Below are positions 1 to 8,604 of a stretch of 64,000 bases of DNA, piece after piece. The stretch comes from an uncultured Acidobacteriota bacterium (lineage in GTDB: Bacteria; Acidobacteriota; Vicinamibacteria; Vicinamibacterales; 2-12-FULL-66-21). A program made the position numbers and the translations under genes. Numbering within the stretch: the first letter of the stretch is position 1; every line of letters begins with the position of its first letter. The notes beneath the pieces were generated by a model. The model was not told the origin of the DNA. It did not search any database and saw only the letters and a program-made list of their open reading frames with translations. The stretch lies in contig CAVULC010000003.1 in the NCBI GenBank assembly GCA_963742265.1, forward strand, positions 137,143 to 201,142, given 5' to 3'.

Positions 1-1
1 A

Positions 2-397
2 CTCGGCTTCGCCCGTCGCGCTTTCGACGATGCCGTTGCGCACGTGCGGGGCCGGCGCGCGTTCGGCCGGACGCTCGCCGAGATGCAACTCACGCAGGCG
101 GCCATTGCCGACATGGCGACGGCAATCGACGCGGCAGCACTCCTGGTGTACCGCGCAGCATGGCTGCGCGACCGGGGTGCCGAACGGATCACCCGTGAAG
201 CGGCAATGGCGAAGATGGTCGCGACCGAATCGGCGCAGCAGGTCATCGACCGCGCGGTGCAACTGCTCGGCGCACGCGGCGTCGTTCGCGGCGCCGCGGT
301 CGAACGGCTCTACCGCGAGATTCGCGCGTTGCGCATCTACGAGGGAACGACAGAGATCCAGAAGATCGTCATTGCGGGCCAGGTGCTGCATGACTGA
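2..397 (+). CDS. acyl-CoA dehydrogenase, C-terminal fragment (5' end lies outside the window)
   Basis: The frame is open from the window edge to TGA 395-397. [27 protein letters not shown]...[23 protein letters not shown] matches the conserved ACAD C-terminal domain. Confidence 0.85.
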   Translation, partial: LGFARRAFDDAVAHVRGRRAFGRTLAEMQLTQAAIADMATAIDAAALLVYRAAWLRDRGAERITREAAMAKMVATESAQQVIDRAVQLLGARGVVRGAAVERLYREIRALRIYEGTTEIQKIVIAGQVLHD

Positions 398-2462
398 GCC
401 TCGATCCCGTTCGGCGCACGTCGATCAATTCGTTCAACAGCGTCTCCCACCCATCGAGCTCTGGCCGCGCATGGACTGGTCGGGCGTTCCCGAGCTCGCG
501 TATCCCGATCGCCTCAATTGCGTGACGGAGTTACTCGACCGGTGGATCACGGAAGGGCACGGCGACCGCGTCGTTTTTCACCACGCCGCAGGCCCGTGGA
601 CCTATCGACAGCTGTTCGAGAAGGCGAATCGGATCGCGAACGTCCTGGTGAAGGACTGCGGGCTCGTCCCCGGCAATCGTGTCCTGCTCCGGGCGGCCAA
701 CCAGCCGATGCTGGTTGCCTGCTGGTTCGCCGTGCTCAAGGCGGGTGGCGTCGCCGTGTCGACGATGCCGCTGCTGCGGGTCCGTGAGCTGAGCGAGATC
801 ATCGATCGAGCAGGTGTGCGCCTGGCGCTGTGTGATGCGCAGATCACGCCGGATCTCGAAGCCGCCCTCGCCTCTCGGCCGGAAGCACGCGTCATTCCCT
901 TCAACACCTCTGCGCCGGGATCGCTGCAGTCATTGATGGAGCGGCAACCGAATTCGTTCGATAACGTCGCGACCGCTGCCGACGATCCGGCAATCATCGC
1001 CTTCACGTCGGGAACCACAGGCCGGGCGAAGGGGACGGTGCATTTTCATCGCGACATCCTGGCCGTGACTGACACCTACGGCCGCCACGTGCTCCGTCCC
1101 GATCCGGACGATATCTTCATCGGCTCACCACCGGTCGCGTTTACCTACGCACTCGGTGGTCTGGTTCTTTTTCCGATGCGCTTCGGCGCTTCCTCCGCAC
1201 TGCTCGAACAGGCGGCACCGCCCAACCTGCTTGCGGGGATTGAACAATATCGCGCGACCGTCACCGTGACTTCTCCTACCGCGTACCGGGCGATGCTCAA
1301 GCAGGCGCGGGACTTCGACCTGTCCAGCCTTCGAAAGGGTTTGTCCGCAGGCGAAACACTGCCTGCCTCTACGTTCAACGCGTGGCTCGAGGCCACCGGT
1401 GTTCGCCTGATGGACGGCATCGGCTCGACCGAGATGCTGCACATGTTCATCGGCTGCGGGCCGGAAGACGCACGCGCGGGAGCCACCGGATGCGTGGTTC
1501 CTGGTTATCGTGCGATCGTCATCGATGAGCACGGCAACGAAGTCTCGGCCAACACCGTCGGACGCCTCGCCATCGTGGGACCGACCGGCTGCCGCTATCT
1601 CGACGACCTCGACAACCAGCGCAAGTACGTGCAGAACGGATGGAATCTCACCGGAGACGCCTACCTCGTCGACGACGAGGGGTATTTCTGGTACCAGGCG
1701 CGCACCGACGACATGATCATCTCGTCTGGCTACAACATTTCCGGCCCGGAAGTGGAGAACGTGCTGCTGTCAGATCCGGCGGTAGCCGAATGCGCCGTCG
1801 TCGGCGCGCCTGACGAAGCGCGCGGGCACATCGTCAAGGCGTTCATCGTGGCGTCCGCCGGTGTGGAGTGCGGTGAGGGCCTCACCCGCCGTCTCCAGGA
1901 CTACGTCAAGGCGCAGCTCGCTCCGTATAAGTATCCGCGGGCGATCGAGTATGTGAGCGAGTTGCCGCGGACGCTCACCGGGAAGCTGCAGCGGTATCGT
2001 TTGCGAGAGCCCGCGCAAGAAGACGGCCCGGCTGTTCATGCGGTCGAGACACAAAACGGTATCGCCCTTCATCAGCCTGAGGGCTGGCCGCCGCCCGTCG
2101 GGTACGCAAATGCGGTGAGCGCGTCGGGCCGTGCGGTGTATGTCGCGGGACAGGTCGGCTGGAATCCGCTGACGTCGAAGTTCGAATCACACGACTTGCC
2201 CGGGCAGGTGCGCCAGGCGTTGCGCAACGTCGTCGCCGCGCTCGCCGCCGCGGGTGCGCAGCCGGCTCAGATCACGCGCCTCACCTGGTATGTCACCGAC
2301 CGCGATCTGTATCTGTCACAGAAGAAGGCGATCGGCTCCGTCTATCGCGAGATCATCGGCCGGCACTTTCCGGCGATGTCGATGGTGGTCGTCAAGGGAT
2401 TGATCGAGCCCGACGCGCTGGTCGAAATCGAGGCCACGGCCGTCATCGGCAACGAGCGGTAG
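390..2462 (+). CDS. aryl/benzoate-type acyl-CoA ligase (AMP-binding) fused to a C-terminal RidA/YjgF domain
   Basis: ATG 390 overlaps the upstream stop. AMP-binding core motifs are present: [40 protein letters not shown] and [10 protein letters not shown]. The N-terminus ([17 protein letters not shown]...[13 protein letters not shown]) resembles 2-aminobenzoate/benzoate-CoA ligases. The last ~130 aa (from about nt 2070) are RidA-like ([23 protein letters not shown]...[10 protein letters not shown]). The ORF-track extension back to nt 30 is Arg-rich read-through. Confidence 0.85.
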   Translation: MTEPRSRSAHVDQFVQQRLPPIELWPRMDWSGVPELAYPDRLNCVTELLDRWITEGHGDRVVFHHAAGPWTYRQLFEKANRIANVLVKDCGLVPGNRVLLRAANQPMLVACWFAVLKAGGVAVSTMPLLRVRELSEIIDRAGVRLALCDAQITPDLEAALASRPEARVIPFNTSAPGSLQSLMERQPNSFDNVATAADDPAIIAFTSGTTGRAKGTVHFHRDILAVTDTYGRHVLRPDPDDIFIGSPPVAFTYALGGLVLFPMRFGASSALLEQAAPPNLLAGIEQYRATVTVTSPTAYRAMLKQARDFDLSSLRKGLSAGETLPASTFNAWLEATGVRLMDGIGSTEMLHMFIGCGPEDARAGATGCVVPGYRAIVIDEHGNEVSANTVGRLAIVGPTGCRYLDDLDNQRKYVQNGWNLTGDAYLVDDEGYFWYQARTDDMIISSGYNISGPEVENVLLSDPAVAECAVVGAPDEARGHIVKAFIVASAGVECGEGLTRRLQDYVKAQLAPYKYPRAIEYVSELPRTLTGKLQRYRLREPAQEDGPAVHAVETQNGIALHQPEGWPPPVGYANAVSASGRAVYVAGQVGWNPLTSKFESHDLPGQVRQALRNVVAALAAAGAQPAQITRLTWYVTDRDLYLSQKKAIGSVYREIIGRHFPAMSMVVVKGLIEPDALVEIEATAVIGNER

Positions 2463-2518
2463 TTTTTTCGGTCGAGTCGTCAAAGGCATTTAACAAGAGG
2501 CTAGGAGGCAGGAGGCGT

Positions 2519-2690
2519 GCGGGTTGGGCGCCGGCCTCTGGCCGGCGTGGTGGGGCTGGCGTGGGCGACGGATGCAAACAGCATACGATTCTGGGCTGCT
2601 TGCATCCGCCGCTCACACCAGACCCACTCGCGCGAAGCGCGTGCCCAACCCGCGCCGTCTCCATACCTTCTGATCTCCTAACCTCCTGTG
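2519..2690. repeat. structured palindromic intergenic element, copy 1 (135-nt core 2519-2653 plus tail)
   Basis: It has an 11-bp terminal inverted repeat, GCGGGTTGGGC / GCCCAACCCGC. Internal hairpins are CGCCGGCC-tct-GGCCGGCG, a ~20-bp stem capped by GGATGCAAACAGC / GCTGCTTGCATCC, and CGCGC-gaa-GCGCG. The element recurs 292 bp downstream. Confidence 0.8.
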
Positions 2691-2810
2691 AGCCGTGTCC
2701 GTTAACTCCGTGCCTCCGTGTTGAACGTTCTTCGGTTTTCAGCGGCCCTGGGTCCGTTCTAGACGAATCAACACGGAGGCACGAAGATGCGGAGACGTAC
2801 GGAGGAGAGA

Positions 2811-2983
2811 GCGGGTTGGGCGCCGGCCTCTGGCCGGCGTAGTGGGGCTGGCGTGGGCGACGGATGCAAACAGCGCGCGATCCTGGGCTGCTTGCATCCG
2901 CCGCTCACACCAGCCCCACTCGCGCGAAGCGCGTGCCCAACCCGCGCCCTCTCCAAACCTTCTGATCTCCTGAACCTCCTGTG
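2811..2983. repeat. structured palindromic intergenic element, copy 2 (core 2811-2945)
   Basis: It shows about 10 differences from copy 1 over ~172 nt (counted by eye). About half fall in the apical loop. It ends 66 nt before the binding-protein start codon. Confidence 0.8.
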
Positions 2984-3049
2984 GATGTATTTTCCGTACG
3001 TCTCCACCAACTCCGTGGCTCGCTGTGAAGGTTGGTGTAATGTTCCCAC

Positions 3050-5029
3050 TTGCTTTACACCCTGCGACGCCTCGCCCTCGGCATCCTGCTGATCGCGCTC
3101 GCGTCGGCCGTGCTGCTGGTGGCCGATCTCGGACGCCGGCGCAAGCCGCCTGGCCGCGTGTCGAAGATCGCGCTGGTTCAGCACGCCAACACGCCGGTGC
3201 TCGACGAAGGGATCGAGGGATTGCTCGACGGGCTGGCGGAACGAGGGTTCCGTGACGGCGAGAACCTCTCCATCCAGCGCTTCAATGCGCAGGGAGACAT
3301 GCCCACCGGCGCCGCCATTGCGCGCCAGGTGACCGCCGGCGACTTCGACCTGGTGATCACCGCCAGTACTCCGTCGATGCAGGCGGTCGCGAACAACAAC
3401 CGCGACGGCAAGATCCGACACCTGTTCTTCCTCGTGGCGGATCCTTTCTCGGCGGGGATAGGGCTGGATCGTGCCAATCCCGCAAAGCATCCCGCCCACA
3501 TCGCCGGCCAGGGCGTGATGGCGCCGGTCGAAGACTCCTTCCGTCTCGCGAGAGAAGCCCTCCCAGGGTTGAAGACCGTCGGCGTTGCCTGGAATCCGTC
3601 CGAGTCGAACTCGCTGGCCTTCACGCTCAAGGCCAGGGAAGCAGCAGCGAAACTCGGGCTGACACTCGCCGAAGCGAATGTCGACGGCACGGCCGCGGTG
3701 TCCGACGCGGTTCTCTCGCTGATCGCGCGCGGTGCGCAGGCGATCTGGATCGGCGGCGACAACACCGTGATCTCGGCGGTTGACATGGTGGTCGCCATCG
3801 GCAAGCGCTCCGGCGTGCCGGTATTCACGATCATGCCAGGCCGTCCGGATCGCGGCACGTTGTTCGACATCGGGCCGAACTTCTTCGACTCGGGGCGGCA
3901 GGCCGCATTCCTCGTTGCCGACGTACTCGACGGCGCCGACATGTCCAGGATCCCGATCAGGGATGTGCTGGACCTGGTGTCACCGTTCCTCTCGGTGAAC
4001 ACGACGGCGCTGAAAGGTCTGCGGGAGCGGTGGTCGATCTCAGACGCAATGCTCACGCGTGCGACCGTAAAGGTCGACGATGCGGGCATCCACGGTCAGT
4101 CGCGGACGGCGGCCGCAAAGAGACCGCCCTCGAAAAAGTGGCAGCTCAGTTTCGTCGAATACAACAACACTTCCGATGTCGAGGAGTCCGAACGCGGCGT
4201 GCTCGACGGCCTGAAGGAGGCGGGACTGGAGTCCGGACGCGACTTCGACCACACCGTGCGTAACGCGCAGGGAGACATGGCCACGGTGAGCGGCCTGATC
4301 GATGCCGCCGTCGTCGAAGGAGCCGATATGCTCGTCACCTTCTCGACACCGACGCTCCAGGCAGCGATCCAGCGGACGAAAACCGTTCCGGTGGTGTTCA
4401 CGTACGTCGCCAATGCGGTGGCTGCGGGAGCGGGAACGAGCGATACCGACCATCTGCCCAATGTGACGGGTGTCTACATGATGGGCGCGTACGACAAGAT
4501 GCTGGAACTGATCCACGAGGTCATGCCGCGTGCCCGCGTGCTCGGCACGATCTACGTGCCGGCGGAGGCGAACATGGTGCACCAGCGCGACGCATTGGTG
4601 AAGGCCGCTGGCAGTGCATTCGAGATCGTCTCGGTGCCGGCGAATTCGAGCGTAGAAGTCGCGGACGCGGCAATCGCGCTGGCGACGGGACGCATCGACG
4701 CCATCTGCCAGATCCCCGGCAACCTGACCGTCACCGCCTTTCCAGGGATCGCGCAGGCAGCGAAACGCGCACGGGTGCCAGTGTTCGTCTTCCAGACGTC
4801 CCAGCTGCAAGCGGGCGGTGTTCTGGCCGTATCGCGTGACTACCATGGGAGCGGACGTGAAACCGGCCTGCAGGCCGCGCGCATCATCCGCGGCGAGCGC
4901 CCGGCGGGGATCCCGCTCCTCGAGTACGTACCGACGAAGCTGATGGTCAATCTCGACGCGGCCCGGCAGATTGGGTTTACCGTACCGCCGGCGGTGATTC
5001 TGCGGGCGGAAAAGGCAGCGGGACGTTGA
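3050..5029 (+). CDS. membrane-anchored ABC transporter substrate-binding protein with two tandem ABC_sub_bind-type modules
   Basis: TTG start and an N-terminal TM helix (LALGILLIALASAVLLVA). Module 1 reads KIALVQHANTPVLDEGIEGLLDGLAERGF...QGD. Module 2 starts near nt 4130 and reads WQLSFVEYNNTSDVEESERGVLDGLKEAGL...QGD. Confidence 0.8.
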   Translation: MLYTLRRLALGILLIALASAVLLVADLGRRRKPPGRVSKIALVQHANTPVLDEGIEGLLDGLAERGFRDGENLSIQRFNAQGDMPTGAAIARQVTAGDFDLVITASTPSMQAVANNNRDGKIRHLFFLVADPFSAGIGLDRANPAKHPAHIAGQGVMAPVEDSFRLAREALPGLKTVGVAWNPSESNSLAFTLKAREAAAKLGLTLAEANVDGTAAVSDAVLSLIARGAQAIWIGGDNTVISAVDMVVAIGKRSGVPVFTIMPGRPDRGTLFDIGPNFFDSGRQAAFLVADVLDGADMSRIPIRDVLDLVSPFLSVNTTALKGLRERWSISDAMLTRATVKVDDAGIHGQSRTAAAKRPPSKKWQLSFVEYNNTSDVEESERGVLDGLKEAGLESGRDFDHTVRNAQGDMATVSGLIDAAVVEGADMLVTFSTPTLQAAIQRTKTVPVVFTYVANAVAAGAGTSDTDHLPNVTGVYMMGAYDKMLELIHEVMPRARVLGTIYVPAEANMVHQRDALVKAAGSAFEIVSVPANSSVEVADAAIALATGRIDAICQIPGNLTVTAFPGIAQAAKRARVPVFVFQTSQLQAGGVLAVSRDYHGSGRETGLQAARIIRGERPAGIPLLEYVPTKLMVNLDAARQIGFTVPPAVILRAEKAAGR

Positions 5030-5054
5030 GCGGGACCGAGCGCGAGGCAGATCG

Positions 5055-6302
5055 ATGCAGATAACTCGCACGCCGCACGACGGAGCGCTGCACCTGTCGG
5101 TGACCGGCCGGCTGGACGGCTACTGGGCCGATCATCTCGACAATGCGCTCGCCGAGTGCGTCCGCGACGGACACCACCATCTTCGGGTCGATCTCGCGCA
5201 GGTCACCTTTCTGAGTTCGGCCGGCATTGCCGCCCTGATGAAGTTCTATCGGCAGCTCACGAGGATCAACGGATCACTCCTGGTGCTGAATCCATCCACC
5301 CCCGTACGCCTGGTGCTGGACATGACGCGCGTCAGTGCGGCGCTCACCGCACCGGCAGCGGCGGTGACGGCTCCGTGGGCAGAGGCACGATCCGGCCGCC
5401 GGCTGGAACGGTCGGAGATCGCGTTCGACGTCTTCGACCTGCCGAACACCGCCGGTTTGTCATGTCGAGCCTTTGGGAGTGACGCGGGCCTGAGTGCGTC
5501 CGGCTTCACGGAGAAGGATTGCGTCAGCCTTGGCTCTCTCTCACCGGCGTTCGCGCTCGGCGTCGGCGCATTCGGCGAGAGCTTCGGTGATTGCCGCGCA
5601 CGCTTCGGCGAGCTGCTCTCGGTGGCCGGAGCCACGGCGTACCAGCCCGCCGACGGCACGAACGTGCCCGATTACCTGCTCTCGACCGGTACGCTGCCCG
5701 CCGATGTGCGGGTGCTCTATTGCCTCGCCTGCGAGGGAGACTTCACGCAGCTCGCGCGGTTCGAGTCACGCCAGCCGGATCACACGGTCGGGATGTTGCC
5801 GCTGCTCGAGGGCATCGCGGAGATTGCCGGCGGATCGGCGGTCGGCTTCGTGATGGTCAGCGAAGCGGCCGGCCTGGTTGGTGCGGCATTGCGACGGTCT
5901 CCCGCGCAGCCAAGCGAGGATGCGGAGTTCTTCAGCCATCCGGGCCTCCGCGGGCGCCTGACGTTCACCGCCGAACGCGCATATCTTCGCACCGTCACCG
6001 TCGCCGCCGGCATCCTCGTCCGTAACGGAAGCGTCAGGATGCCGCTGGTGAGACCACTCGGGCAGGGCGGCCTTGCCGGCCACGTGCATGCCGCGGCTTT
6101 CCCGTTTCGGCCGCTGAGAAAAGGAGATATCGATCTGAGAGAGACGGTGACAGCGCTCTTCGAGCACGAACAGCTCCTCGGTGTGCTGCACCTGCTGCAC
6201 GACGATCGCGGAACCGCTGGCGCTGGCGAGAGTGAGTTCATCAGAGGCGCGTGCTGGGCCGCGCCGATCCTGTGCGACGGCAACGGCTGGCCGCTGGCCT
6301 GA
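5055..6302 (+). CDS. STAS-domain (anti-sigma-antagonist-like) protein with a ~310-aa uncharacterised C-terminal region
   Basis: The N-terminal ~100 aa form a SpoIIAA/RsbV-like fold (LHLSVTGRLDGYWADHLDNAL...LRVDLAQVTFLSSAGIAALMKF), including the serine motif. I do not recognise the remainder. Confidence 0.75.
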   Translation: MQITRTPHDGALHLSVTGRLDGYWADHLDNALAECVRDGHHHLRVDLAQVTFLSSAGIAALMKFYRQLTRINGSLLVLNPSTPVRLVLDMTRVSAALTAPAAAVTAPWAEARSGRRLERSEIAFDVFDLPNTAGLSCRAFGSDAGLSASGFTEKDCVSLGSLSPAFALGVGAFGESFGDCRARFGELLSVAGATAYQPADGTNVPDYLLSTGTLPADVRVLYCLACEGDFTQLARFESRQPDHTVGMLPLLEGIAEIAGGSAVGFVMVSEAAGLVGAALRRSPAQPSEDAEFFSHPGLRGRLTFTAERAYLRTVTVAAGILVRNGSVRMPLVRPLGQGGLAGHVHAAAFPFRPLRKGDIDLRETVTALFEHEQLLGVLHLLHDDRGTAGAGESEFIRGACWAAPILCDGNGWPLA

Positions 6303-6306
6303 TGAC

Positions 6307-7237
6307 ATGCTGCTGCTCATAGGCGCCATGACGATCGGCTTGATCCTGTCGCTGCTGGCGCTCGGCGTCTTCATCAGCTTCAGGATTTTTGCCTTTCCGG
6401 ATATCACCGCCGAGGGTTCGGTGACGCTCGGCGGGTCGATCGTCGCCGTGCTCCTCGTCGCCCACGTCCATCCAGTGCTCGCGACGCTGGTCGCGTTCGC
6501 GGCCGGGGCCGTGGCGGGAAGCGTCACCGGGATCATTCACACGCGCTTCGGCATCAACCGGCTGCTCTCCGGGATCCTGGTGATGACGGCACTCTATCTC
6601 CGTCAACCTTCACGTCATGGGCAAGAGCAATGTGCCGCTCATGTCCGAACGCACCGTCGCCAGCATCGCAGAGACATGGGGCACGCGCCTGCTCGGCGTG
6701 CCGGTACTCAGCGTGCTGGGATGGGAGGTGAGCGTACACGTGACGTGTCGGTCCTGCTGCTCGCGCTGCTGGTCGCGATCGTGGTCGCCGCGGCGCTCTA
6801 CCTCTTCTTCCGGACCAATCTCGGCACCGCCATGCAGGCCGCCGGTGACAACGACCAGATGATCCGGGCGCTCGGCGTCAACGTGAACACGATGATCGTG
6901 CTGGGTCTCGCACTCTCGAACGGATTGATTGCCGCCGCCGGTGCGCTCCTCACCCAGTACCAGGGATTCGCTGACGTGCAGATGGGAATCGGCATGGTGG
7001 TGTGGGGACTGGCCAGCATCATCATCGGCGAGGCGCTCGTCGGCGTCCGCCAGCTCGGATTCGTCATCACCGGCGCCATCATGGGATCCGTGCTGTTCCG
7101 GCTGCTCGTCGCGATCGCGCTCCGCGGCGGGTTGAATCCGAACGATCTGAAGCTCATTACCGCCAGCTTCGTCTTTGCGGCGCTGGTCCTGCCGGACGTG
7201 GCGCGCAAGCTTGGGCCGGAGCAAGGCGGCAGCGTGA
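6307..7237 (+). pseudogene. ABC transporter permease (BPD_transp_2 type) with a compensated frameshift pair
   Basis: MLLLIGAMTIGLILSLLALGVFISFRIFAFPDITAEGS... is permease-like. After ...ILVMTALY (nt ~6598) the conserved SVNLHVMGKSNVPLMSERTV... continues in frame +1. The original frame resumes near nt 6740 (RDVSVLLLALLV...). The 3' boundary is unclear because no in-frame stop precedes the ATPase ATG. A TGATG stop/start overlap exists in another frame at 7235. Confidence 0.7.
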
Positions 7238-8053
7238 TGCTCGAGGTCCGCCGCATTTGTCAAGACCTTCAACGCCGACACACCCAACGAGGTTCGCGCC
7301 CTGCAGGGCGTCGACCTGGCGATCGACGAAGGATCGTTCGTCATCGTGATCGGCACGCAACGGTTCGGGCAAATCCACGCTGCTCAATGCCGTCGCCGGC
7401 ACTTTCATGGTGGATGCCGGCACGATCGTGCTGGGCGGGGCCAGACGTGACCGCCTGGCCGGAGCATCGCCGTGCGCGGCATGATCGGCCGCGTGTTTCA
7501 GAATCCGTTCAGCGGAACGGCACCGTCCATGACGATTGCCGAGAACCTGTCGCTGGCTGCCCGGCGCGGACGCCGGCGAGGTCTGGGCTGGGCGCTCGGC
7601 GCGAAGATGCGCGACGAGTTCCGCGATCGAGTCCGGCGACTCAACATGCGACTGGAGGATCGGCTGGACAATCCCATCGGCAGCCTGTCGGGAGGGCAGC
7701 GGCAGGCGCTCACGCTGCTGATGGCCACGTGGCTGAAGCCCAGGCTCTTGCTGCTCGACGAGCACACCGCCGCACTCGATCCGAAGAGCGCTGACCAGGT
7801 CATTGCGCTCAGCGAGGAGATCGTCGCCCGCGACCGTCTCACGACGCTGATGGTGACGCATTCGATGCAGCAGGCGGCACAGCTCGGCGATCGGCTGGTG
7901 ATGATGCACCGGGGTGCCGTGCTGCACGACTTCCAGGGAGCGGACAAGCGCAGGCTCAGGGCCGACGAACTGCTCGCCCGATTCGAGGCCGTTCGCCGCG
8001 CCGATCAACTGGATGAATCCGCCGCCGAGATGCTGCGGCGCCTCTACGTGTGA
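7237..8053 (+). pseudogene. ABC transporter ATP-binding protein interrupted by four +1 frameshifts in its first 240 nt
   Basis: The protein reads MLEVRRI | VKTFNADTPNEVRALQGVDLAIDEGSFVIVIGT | NGSGKSTLLNAVAGTFMVDAGTIVLGG | DVTAWPEHRRAR | MIGRVFQNPF...LSGGQRQ...LLLLDEHTAALD. It is recovered only by shifting +1 near nt 7258, 7358, 7443 and 7471. The Walker A, signature and Walker B motifs are all present. Confidence 0.85.
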
Positions 8054-8068
8054 AATGACAGGCCACCG

Positions 8069-8491
8069 ATGCCCCGCGTGAGCGAGCTGAACGTGACGCT
8101 GGTCAACCGGCTGGATGAAATCGGCCGGCTGGCCACACTCATCGAGGCGTTCGGTGAAGCGAACGGGCTTTCGGTGGAGCTGATTTACGCCTTCAACCTC
8201 TCACTCGACGAAATCCTGACCAACGTGATGTCGTACGGCTTCACGGACGCGCGCGAGCACGGGATCGACGTCCGGCTCCGAATCATCAACGGAGAGTTGG
8301 AGGCGGAGGTGTCTGACCCGGGACGGCCGTTCAATCCGCTCGACGTTCCGACTCCCAACCTCGACGCGCCGATCGACGAACGTCCGATCGGCGGCCTGGG
8401 TCTTCACATCGTCCGGGAGATGATGGACCGGCTCGAGTACCGCCGCGTCGACGGCCGCAACGTGTTGACCCTGACCAAACGGATCGAGTAA
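8069..8491 (+). CDS. anti-sigma regulatory factor-type serine protein kinase (RsbW/SpoIIAB-like, HATPase_c_2)
   Basis: 140 aa. LSLDEILTNVMSYGF...EVSDPGRPFNPL...PIGGLGLHIVREMMDRLEY carries the N, G1 and G2 boxes of small GHKL anti-sigma kinases. It starts 15 nt after the ATPase stop. Confidence 0.8.
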   Translation: MPRVSELNVTLVNRLDEIGRLATLIEAFGEANGLSVELIYAFNLSLDEILTNVMSYGFTDAREHGIDVRLRIINGELEAEVSDPGRPFNPLDVPTPNLDAPIDERPIGGLGLHIVREMMDRLEYRRVDGRNVLTLTKRIE

Positions 8492-8495
8492 TCGT

Positions 8496-8591
8496 CGTAG
8501 TGCAGCCCTTCAGGGCTGCCATGCCACTCGTAGTGCAGCGTTCAGGGCTGCCATGCCGCTGCCGCAGTCCAGCCTTCAGGGCCGCCATGCT
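8496..8591. repeat. three tandem ~31-bp hairpin units (GCAGCCC-ttca-GGGCTGC core)
   Basis: The units lie at 8496-8526, 8529-8558 and 8559-8591. Each contains TTCAGGGCTGCCATGCC. The array sits just after the kinase stop and before the HAD gene. Confidence 0.7.
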
Positions 8592-8604
8592 AGATTTGCG
8601 GTCC

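Noticed and set aside
30-389. N-terminal 120-codon extension of the CoA-ligase ORF in the six-frame track.
   Set aside because: It overlaps the well-supported acyl-CoA dehydrogenase frame and is Arg/Ser/Cys-rich nonsense. The ligase homology begins at the ATG at 390.
7237-7480. Programmed ribosomal frameshifting in the ABC ATPase.
   Set aside because: Four successive +1 shifts in 240 nt, with no slippery heptamers or downstream structures, are not compatible with known recoding. Indel error or decay is far more likely.
8496-8591. Possible miniature CRISPR array.
   Set aside because: The three repeat units are directly adjacent with no unique spacers, they diverge from one another, and no cas genes are present in the window.
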